Source: Eledone cirrhosa | Taxonomy: Eukaryota | Length of the DNA stretch: 64,000 nucleotides | Assembly: GCA_964016885.1 (NCBI GenBank) | Contig: OZ024740.1 | Coordinates: 40,920,001 to 40,984,000, forward strand | Reading direction: 5' to 3' | In this document: positions 52,956 to 64,000 of the stretch, one piece after another | Numbering within the stretch: position 1 is the first letter of the stretch | How the letters are laid out: each line of letters begins with the position of its first letter | Translations under genes and position numbers: made by a program | The notes under the pieces: generated by a model | The model's input: the letters and a program-made list of their open reading frames with translations, nothing else | Database searches by the model: none | What the model was told of the DNA's origin: nothing

Positions 52956-54449
52956 GGGATTTTAAAACAAAGCCTGCTTTGTGACTCCCTATTTATATAT
53001 ATTTATAATTATTGATGATTTAGTGTTAAAGAATATAAACTAATGATCGAATAAAAATATATTTTTAAAATTGATGTGTGGCCATAAGCTATAACTTATT
53101 TTATCTTATAGGTAAATCCAGTACTGATGCAACTCCAAACTGAAAAGAAGTCATATTTAAACATTTATAAATAAATAAAGATATTTAAAAAATTAGATGA
53201 ATGTTTAAAAGACAGATCTTTTTAATCTTTTTTTTTTTTTTATCAATACCAAGGTAAAAGATCAGTAAAAAAAATCCCGAAATCCCTTGTTTGCAACTGT
53301 GTCAGAATGAAATTGATCTCGTAAAATAAAGCCTGGTAAAATTTAAAAATGCTGAGAACGCACCCTCCTTCCCTTTAATCAACTATTTCATAAATAACTT
53401 ATTGATAACTTATATTACTACTTCAATATTAAGTTGATAGCATACTACTACCTCAATATTAAATTGATAACTTATATACTTCTTCGATATTAAGTTGATT
53501 ACTAAATTGATAATAGTTGATGTTATCTTGGAAAGATTTTCGTGAATTATTGTCGGTGGCTAGTTTATATCCAAGAAATGTAAATCTGTATTTTAATGTT
53601 CCTCTAACTCTCCATGGTTATTTCATTGCTTTTTAATATAGTTTACTGACAGTTTTATCTCTTTTCTATGGTGTAGTTGTTGGTAGAGCTTTTATCAGTT
53701 TAGACTTTGCTTTGATCAATGCAATCAAAGGTTCAAGTGTATTTAAACGAAAAAGACATAAAACTTTTTTCTTTTTTGTTCTTATTCTTTGGAACTTCGT
53801 GAATTACGATATCAAGCGCCTTGAACTCTGCCAACATCTTTTTGCTTTAATTATTTATCTCGTGTGTCTTTCACTAGGTTTTTGGAAGCCTTCACTTCAC
53901 GGGAGATAGATTTAATTTTCTATGGTGAATTGGCAGAATTGATTGAACGTCGGGTAAAATATACTCCCGGAGAGCATTTCCTGCGAACTTATAAAGGACG
54001 TACTGTGATTAGATATTCTGTTAACAGCGTCGATTCACCGCGGACTTAATATTTAACTGTGCAACAGAAGACGTTTACCAAGAAGGCCTTGTAATATGAT
54101 CCGGACTTGGGAGATAGATTTTCCCTTACGTCTTTCAATGTTTATTCTTCAATAAATAGTAATCTAACGAATCGCGGTGTGTTATCGACTATTTATATAG
54201 CTTAACTAAAGCTCTACCTCCGCATTTGTTTCAGACCGCTGCTCTCTTAGTTCAAATTTCGGCCAGGTCAACTTTACCTCTAATCCTTTCGAAGTTGATA
54301 AAAAATTGTTAAAGAATCGGACGGGAGACTTTGCGTTATCTGTTCCGGCTCTGCGCATTCTGAGTTCAAATCCTGCCTCCTGTCACCTGAAATTTAGCTC
54401 CTTTCCTTCTGCCATGAATTGCCACCGATATATAGTATCAGATATCGAA

Positions 54450-55460
54450 ATATGGTGCGAAATATGATGATTAACCAATAAGATGCTTTTGACACCAAAG
54501 GCCTACGGAAAATCCTTGGCATCAGGTGGGATTATTTCATCACCAACAAAGAAGTCCTTCAGCGAACCTAGCGACAAGCGTCGACTTGGCTGATTGGGAT
54601 GTGTCACACGACTCCGATTGAGAGATATGTTAGTCAGCTTGTAGTGGGATAAATGTTATTCTTTGATGGATGTTTGATAAAAAGAATAATGCCATGATTG
54701 TGATGTTGACAATGTTTATTTTACAATAACAATATGTGACAGAATTTATTACTACATTAATTTGCTGGCTAGCTACTTCGAGCTAGCGTGCATGTATGTA
54801 TCAATACAACGATACAATAGAAGTGATTCAACAGGAAGGCGCAAGAATAGATAAAACACATAAGTAAACAGTATGATCGAACCTGAGTGTGTGTGTATGT
54901 GTGTATTCTTAGTATTCGCTATTCCCCTCAAGGACTGCTTGTAGTCTGTGGCCGAGAAGGTGAGAGCCAGTAAGGCCAGGAGAGAGAGAAAGAGTAAAAG
55001 GTCTGCTACATCGTTAACCTTAACACGGACTACCGCTTCGTAGTCTGGCTCTTGGATTTCCCAAGTCCTTGTACTTATAATAACCCTATAGCTAGAAGGA
55101 TGTGTATATGGGTTGATTTATGGGTAACCATCTGTGTTTCCTCTGTCTACAAGCTGGGGTCACAGGTCAAGTGGTATGTACGTTTATCATACTTGTTTCT
55201 TGACAGGACAATCGTGGGAACTTCCAATAATAGGTGGTCCCAGATGCGAGAAGTCTTAGATTCGGTTTCGAATCTTCGTCGGTAAATTTATAGGAGAATT
55301 CCGTTACAAGGTCTTGTATGGAAAGAGACGAAGATAAACTGGCAGCAGATAATCGACAGAGACCTGAAATCTGTCAACAAAAAGTTGGAACGATGTATTG
55401 ATAGATGAAACCGACCGTGGTCTTTGGAACACTTTGGCTGCTTCATGCGTCTCAAGACGC
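54450..55460 (+). mobile_element. Old RTE C-terminal fragment interrupted by a solo LTR
   Basis: DAFDTKGLRKILGIRWDYFITNKEV before the LTR; W..II.RDL after it. Confidence 0.6.
54640..55308 (-). mobile_element. Gypsy-like solo LTR, family B (diverged)
   Basis: TGTAG...TCCGTTACA; 4-bp flanks agct and aggt; collinear with 43922-44730. Confidence 0.75.
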
Positions 55461-55827
55461 CTTCTAATGATTCTTACGGATTGTGTAAAGATTTAAAGAC
55501 AGAAAAATTATATAATAAAGTTTATAATATTGACGGTACTGAAAAACTAGTGAAAGATTGATTTTGGAGTGAAATCTAAACAAAAATTTGACACTCATTA
55601 CAAGGAAAATGGTCACTTCAGAGAAAAAGAAGATAAAATGATCGTTGAAGTTAACTAAATTAGTTATTGAAGCTACATACTAACTGGATTCCAGATTATG
55701 TTATCTTACTAAGGTGTAAAAATGTTTTCAAATACATTTTTATATTGGATGTGTATTACAGTTTTGAAATGTTTTATAAACAACTTTGGCATTTATGGAT
55801 ACATAACACAACATTGTTTGTGAAATG

Positions 55828-57115
<1,288 letters not shown>

Positions 57116-58094
57116 ATTGCATAGATAATTATATATAGATATAGCTATAGATAATTGTATATAAATGTGTGTGTGTGTATGCAAGCAAGCCTGTGTATGT
57201 GCGTGTGTGTATGTGTGTGTGTGTATGTGTGTGTGTGTATGCGTGTGTGCGTGTGTATGCGTGCATGCGTACGTGCGCGCGCGCGCGTGTGTGTGTAAAC
57301 CCAGCATTCGAATCAGAGACGCTGACTGCGAAACACGGCCATTGACAACTAACGTGCAGAGAGAATCCCTTATGGTTGATTCCCAGCCTGCTAGAAATAG
57401 GAGTCAGCTTGGTCAGCATACCCGGGATGTTTTTTTTCTTTGGTGTTATAAAATAAAAAAATATATGTTGACACTCTCGGGGTTTAATACTATTACCTGG
57501 TAACATTTGTTTTGAATTAGTTAAGCCGTTTGGGAATGCATAAGGAAAAGATAGACAGACAGAAGGACAAAGAATGTTGTAGTCGTATAGAGAGAGATTC
57601 CAATTTTGCAGTATACATAAAAATTCGAATTCATTAAAAAGAAAATCAATTGGATTGCAGAACGTGCCTTAGAGGATTTCACAGGTGTAGCGGTGGGCTG
57701 AAACTTTAATATCAATTACCTTGACTAAGCCAAATACCTTGATTATTTCAATGAGCTGGCGATAATTGACAATTATTATATCGATGTTCAGTCAGCTGTT
57801 TAACACATCAATATGTATCACAGATCAAAATAGCCAAGGCAAAAATACTATCTGCTGCCATTTGGTGACACGGAGAACGATGTAGTCAGGACAAATATAT
57901 TATCAGCTTTCACATGGTGATATGGAGATCGATGTAGTCGAGACAAATATTATCTGTTAGACGACCACAGCCCAAGGTAAAGGCCAGTTAGATGTTCACA
58001 CTCATTGTCCTTATGCTGCATTCTGCTGTTATCCGAGCCAGCTCTGGTCTAGGTCAGAGTTACGTCTGGTCACAAAAATCTGCATCTATTGAGC

Positions 58095-58720
58095 GCTCAT
58101 TCACATCCTTCCCTTCAAAAGCTGATGGATGTGGTTCTTGAGAGATGTGGATTGCTAATTCACACTCTACCCCTCTGTAGCTAATGGATGTGGTCATCGA
58201 GAACTGTGGATTGCTAATTCACACTCTACCCCTCTGTAGCTAATGGATGTGGTCATCGAGAACTGTGGATTGCTAATTCACACTCTACCCCTCTGTAGCT
58301 AATGGATGTGGTTCTTGAGAGATGTGGATTGCTAATTCACACCCTACCCCTCTGTAGCTAATGGATCTGGTCATCGAGAGCTGTGGATTGCTAATTCACA
58401 CCCTACCCCTCTGTAGCTAATGGATCTGGTCATCGAGAGCTGTGGATTGCTAATTCACACCCTACCCCTCTGTAGCTAATGGATCTGGTCATCGAGAGCT
58501 GTGGATTGCTAATTCACACCCTACCCCTCTGTAGCTAATGGATGTGGTCATTGGCAGCTGTGGATTGCTAATTCACACACTACCCCTCTGTAGCTAATGG
58601 ATGTGGTCATCGAGAGCTGTGGGTTGCTAATTCACACCCTACCCCTTCTACAGCTGAAGTCATTGAGAACAGTGGATTGCTATTCCCCCACCCACCTTAA
58701 TAGCTGAATGACATGGTCTT
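58095..58720 (+). repeat. 59-bp minisatellite, about 10 copies
   Basis: tgtggattgctaattcacac starts at 58146, 58205, 58264, 58323, 58382, 58441, 58500 and onward. Confidence 0.95.
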
Positions 58721-59349
58721 TGAGAGTGGTTGGATTTATTCCAGGTGGAAGTTTTTCACCATTATTGCTTTCACTGAAACTTCTATGATCAACCATTAGA
58801 TTTTTTTCTGCTAAAGTACGAAATCTGTTGTTGCTTCTGATTGAATCCATCCAACAACTCAAAAGGTGCTTCTATTGGTTTGACCACACTCTCTACCACC
58901 TACCAGGTGAACTCAGCCACAATGCAGTCGCACCCCAGCCCCTCTCGGGATGGTATAAATGGTGAGATGGACAGTTAAAAACATGGATTGGTATCATCAC
59001 ATCAAATCTTGAGTTAGTATCTGGTTGTTACATATACGGTGTTCACTGTTTTGGAATTGTGATTGACTGACAGTGTTGACACTGGACATCTGTAATCACT
59101 GTATATGGACGGTTTCTGTTTGTGATACTATAGATTCACTTGCTGGAGCTGACTGAACTTATTCTGGTTTGAGCTGGCTCAGTCCATCTCGAGTGAACAC
59201 CAACACAAGCTCAAGTAAAAATTAACTAATTTCAGCATTTGGCCATTTTTGTCTAGAAACATCTCCAACTATCTGGCAACCATGCAGAGTTGCAAACGGA
59301 GAATGTAGACAAGCATTCAGAATGCTGTTAAATATACATAGTTGATCAA

Positions 59350-59680
59350 GTATGGCCGAATGGTCGAGAAGCTTCCTTCACTCTCATTAAGTCCCAAGTT
59401 CGTTCTCACTGCATGACATCTTGGCCAAATATCATTTCTCATAGGCTCGAATCGACTCAGCCTTATAAATGAAATTAGGTAGATGGAAGTTGTATAGAAG
59501 CCCGTCAGATGGACTGTATCGGTAATCTAAAAGTGCAACCTTGTCATACCCAGTCATATTGAATCTCCCTGAGGGTTAAACTAAGGTAGAATGTTTAGCC
59601 ACTTGCATGTTCATTTCATGAGCAGGCTCTTTCGTTGATTACATAACTGGATCATTCATCGTCGAAATTGACGGAAACCT
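59350..59680 (+). mobile_element. Degenerate OK-like SINE
   Basis: tggccgaatggt head..cactgcatgacatcttggccaa..gtagatggaa..gaagcccgtc. Confidence 0.6.
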
Positions 59681-60287
59681 ATCATATCAGCTGTACACAA
59701 TATAACGCACTCGTTGTAGCTGTTACCCTTGCACTCTCTAAAACTTTAATGTATATCATGAGCGATGATGACACGAAGTATGTTGTAGGTGTCTCTAAGA
59801 ATATGTCGCACAGTCTTTTGATGAAAACTTTGGGTCGAACCCTTAAGCACAATTTCTAAATATTTTGGGTATGATGTCACTACCATGTCATACTGTCAGA
59901 TCACGATAAGCTATACAGGGATGGAAGTCTCATCAACTATGCATGGCTGAAAATTTAGTCCCCTTTTTCCTCTCGACATCCATATACTACCGTCTTCGTT
60001 CTCCATTTCAGTGTCTCTAAATGAACATTAATGTTTTCATTTAACGAACTTCTTAGAACAAAATTCCTTGCTATTCTAACTACATTCACCAATCACAACT
60101 TTTCTAGAACTATGTTTGTAATATTTAAAAGACAATCCTTCCGTCTGATGACATTCGAGATTATTTTATCAAATAACGACTAATATCTCTGACAATATGA
60201 GAAAGCTTCCAGATGCTCGAAGAAAAACAAACAAACACAGTGTATCAGTCCGTAGAAATATATATAACTATCAATATAAATTGCAAA

Positions 60288-60500
60288 GAGCGGTGGATTA
60301 GCAGTATCAGTAGAGCGTCGGATAACATGCTTTGCGGCATATAGTTACGGCCCTTTACGTTCTGAGTTCAAACCCCGCTAAGGTTAGCTCTGCCTGTCAT
60401 CCTTACGGGGGTCGATAAAATAAAGTACCAGTAATGCACTGGGGTTGATTCAATCGACTTTTCCCTTTCTTTCCCTCTCTTGTGCCTAAATTAAAAATCA
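60288..60500 (+). mobile_element. tRNA-derived SINE
   Basis: gcggtggattagcagtatcagtag, gagttcaaaccc, gtcgataaaataaagtaccag. Confidence 0.85.
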
Positions 60501-61460
60501 ATAATTTGCACCAACAGTCTATATAGCAATTAATATCTGGAAGACATTCAATAGAATAAATACTACATGAACCAAATTTTGATAATGACTACTGTCTTTA
60601 GTACAAAATCATATTTGTTTTGTTAGGATCAGAGAATATAGTGGGTAACTTGATAACAGTATACTACCGGTACATATTTTACTGATAGACGGACGTAGAT
60701 TGCCGAATAGATAAGGTACCGGGTAATTAGTTGAAAAAATTGGCAGTTTATACACACAAACTTTATTCAATAAGTTTCAATTAAATTATATAATGTATGT
60801 AAAGTTTGTATATCGAATAAAATATATGTTTACGAATAAACATTTGAAAGCCTTTAACTATGAATTTTAAAGGTGGTGGCTTGTGCTATCTACCGAGTCC
60901 CAGCAGAAGCACGGAGGAAGTCATTGGCAGCTATTTCTGTTTTGCTAAGTGCTACATCTCGCTAGTGATGTTTCTCTTCCGAGTTACCAGAGTCGACCGA
61001 GAGAAAGAAGTTATCTCTCTTTCATCTCCAGTTGACCCGCCAGTCCTGACAAAACGACGCCAATTGAGATAAAGAGAACTAGCAGCCAGATGTCATTCGG
61101 GGATCAGTATGTGTGCGAAGAGATTTCGCTACAAGTATATCTCAGCTGTGGGAGGGGGCGACAGACTCTACATTCTTGTCTGGATGGTATATCTCAGTTG
61201 CGCCCTGCAGACAAAATGGCGAAAGCATTGCTGTGTGTTGTAGTGCAGATTAAGAACAACTTACCATTGTAAGCAGAGACAATACTGTAACATTTACGAA
61301 TGTTTCGTTAAATTTCAGCGTTGTCTTATAGATTATACAATATTGGTTACTAGTAAAAGGCTAAGCGTGGGAGAAAATATATAGACAGGACATCCACGTA
61401 AACTGAAATTTTATGACAAATACTTTTACAAAGAAAGGAAAAAATAAATAGAATTAAACA

Positions 61461-63547
61461 TATAACGGAATTCACCTATGTTTTACCGCCGAAGATTCGA
61501 AACCGAATTTGAGCTTTCTCGCTTCTGGGACAATCTATCGTTGGAAGTTCTCACTATTGTGTTGTCAAGACAACGATGATAAATGTACATTCCTTTTGAC
61601 CTGTGATCCTAACCTCTTGGGAGACAATAACTACAGGGCTGATCATAAATCAACCTCATATATCCATCCTTCTAACTTTAGCACTTATTATATACAAGGA
61701 ATTAAGGAACCCAGAGGTCAGACTCGAAGCGGCAGTCAACAAGATAACAATGTAGCATCAGTAGACCTTTCACTCTATCTTTCTCCTGGCCCTTACTGGC
61801 TTACCTCCTCGGCCATCGAAACAGCCAGCCAGACAGCCAGACATGCCTGCCTGACTGATTGACCACTACTACTATGAAAATAAGATATTCTAAGAATAGG
61901 CACACACATAGTAAGTTCATATTGTTTACATTATACTCTCATCCTATTCTTCCTGCCATATTGTATCTGCAAGACACAACACATCTTATCTCTATATATA
62001 AAACTGTGGTTGTCTGTCTGTCTATCGATTTTTGGCACACATCTCCTCTTAGAATCTCTCACGGAATTGCACCGAAATTGCTATACTTGTACATTGAGCC
62101 CTAGCGAAGACATCGGAAAAAAAAATTTCAAATTGACCCACCCTATGTGACGAAATCGAATATAATGTATCGATTTTTGAGCGTAAGTGATCAGTTATTT
62201 CCCTTTGTTCTGTTTACATTGAGCGTCTTACGTAAAAAATTACGCTGGCTTTAACAGCTGTCGAGCCAGCAAAATATTGACCTGCAAAATTCATCAGTTC
62301 GAACACTAAGCTTCCGTTTTGCTTCATTTCCATTTAAAAGCATTTTAAAACAATATTTTTACTTGAAAACAAGCCTATTTAAAGACTACGTAAAACAAGC
62401 AAATATTTCGTCGTTAGGCGTGCAGACAGACAGTCGTGCAGACAGACAGTCGTGCAGAGAGGTGATATACGCGTGCAGACAGATAGTCGTGCAGAGAGGT
62501 GATATAGGCGTGCAGACAGACAGTCGTGCAGAGAGGTGATATAGGCGTGCAGACAGACAGTCGTGCAGAGAGGTGATATAGGCGTGCAGACAGATAGTCG
62601 TGCAGAGAGGTGATATAGGCGTGCAGACAGACATAACTGATAATTTGGTTACGCTAATGTTTTTCTCTGCGTTGCAGTGTTTACATTTTCGATCTTTGTT
62701 AATAAATAACCAGTGCAGTTTCTATCCCCAGCATCCTCTTTTGTTATAACATTCGGGTTATCGTTATGTTTTCTTAACTTCATAAGGCATACCTGCAAAA
62801 TTCATCAGTTCGAACACTAAACTTCCGTTTTGCTTCATTTCCATTTAAAAGCATTTTAAAACAATATTTTTACTTGAAAACAAGTCTATTTAAAGACTAC
62901 GTAAAACAAGCAAATATTTCGTCGTTAGGCGTGCAGACAGACAGTCGTGCAGACAGACAGTCGTGCAGAGAGGTGATATACGCGTGCAGACAGATAGTCG
63001 TGCAGAGAGGTGATATAGGCGTGCAGATAGACATAACTGATAATTTGGTTACGCTAATGTTTTTCTCTGCGTTGCAGTGTTTACATTTTCGATCTTTGTT
63101 AATAAATAACCAGTGCAGTTTTTATCCCCAGCATCCTCTTTTGTTATAACATTCGGGTTATCGTTATGTTTTCTTAACTTCATAAGGCATATTGTTGGTT
63201 GAGGAAATATTAATCAAAAACACCACATGCAAGTCTGCACAGTAGACACTACAGTTTTTAAGCCAAAAAAGAAACTTAACATTGTAACTTTAACACAGCT
63301 ACTGAGCGACCCCGAGCAACGCCGGGCTTTACTGCTAGTATACTATATCGTCTTCCCTGATACATGGATTCACGTTAGCTCGTAGCAGCTAATAATTTAA
63401 TGTACGGATATTTTCATGTCATAAATTTTATTACTCAGTGTTCAAATCGAATATTGTTATTATAAAATAAACATTGTTAACAACTCAATCATGGCATTAT
63501 TCTTTTCATCAAAACTATCATACAAAGAATACAACTAATCCGTTACA
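61461..63547 (+). mobile_element. Gypsy-like solo LTR family B, interrupted by a Helitron
   Basis: TATAACGGA...TCCGTTACA termini; 4-bp TSD AACA; 61461-61988 plus 63339-63547 rebuilds the reverse complement of 43922-44730. Confidence 0.88.
61989..63338 (+). mobile_element. Complete non-autonomous Helitron
   Basis: A|TCTCTATATATAAA start; hairpin cccgagcaacgccggg then CTAG|T end; no TSD; internal duplication 62280-62790 / 62791-63190 with a 37-bp minisatellite. Confidence 0.92.
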
Positions 63548-63614
63548 AACAAATAATTTCTTTTCAGAAAACATTTTTGTAGGACAAAATATATAAATAA
63601 TTTTGTTTTTATGA

Positions 63615-64000
63615 TTGGATACTGCGGAAGTGACGGAGGATCGTCCTCTGGAGAGACAAGGAAGAGGGGTGGTAGGTAAGGGGGAATGGTAATTGGTTGG
63701 GAGGAGGGGGCGCTGGTATGATGTGAGGGCAGTGGTATGGTCGACTTTCCGGGTACGGGTGAGGGTGGCTTGGACCAGTGTAGGCGGGTATCCTCGTTTC
63801 AAAATCATGGGTTCGATTGCACAGGCCGAATCGAGTGAGGGAATGAGGTGCAGTCGAGGTGAGGGAGGAGTCAGTGGGTTTAAAGAAAGTGGAGGTGATA
63901 AGGGAACGATAAGAGGGTTCAATGGGAAATAGAAATGTCCAGGAAGGGGATAGAAACGGCGGAGATAGAGGTGGTTAAGACAACGGTGGGGTGGAAAGAG
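63615..64000 (-). mobile_element. PLE (Neptune-like) RT C-terminal fragment running off the window
   Basis: Minus-strand FHPTVVLTTSISAVSIPFLDISI..YRPL..YLHSTH and KRGYPPTLVQATL.R. Confidence 0.65.

Noticed and set aside
58095-58720. Regular array as a possible CRISPR
   Set aside because: Whole 59-bp units repeat with no unique spacers, there are no cas genes, and the context is eukaryotic.

Overview
Eukaryotic, very AT-rich, essentially gene-free DNA made almost entirely of transposons and microsatellites. The SINE, RTE and Penelope repertoire with long (TA)n, (CA)n and (TATG)n tracts strongly resembles a coleoid cephalopod (Octopus-like) genome; this is inference. The only host-gene trace is a truncated, degenerate ABCC/MRP1 NBD1 exon (1119-1247). 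The window holds several RTE LINEs (one near full length; three copies carry a PHD finger inside the RT ORF), a BovB-like RTE with three C-terminal C2H2 fingers, a Tx1/L1 3' fragment, CRE- and R4/Dong-like RLE elements, many Penelope-like elements (PLEs), mariner and hAT derivatives, Helitrons and solo LTRs. The most striking unexplained structure is a dense set of fold-back palindromes, mostly next to (TA)n tracts. Many carry minimal type I hammerhead ribozyme motifs (seven with intact CUGANGA/GAAA cores, about six degenerate) and appear to be non-coding PLE derivatives. One is a 378-bp spacer-less palindrome with a hammerhead on each strand. A second notable pattern is an RLE retroelement sitting in (TATG)n tracts, which are also the tails of an RTE family. 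Coordinates were read by eye and may be off by a few bases.
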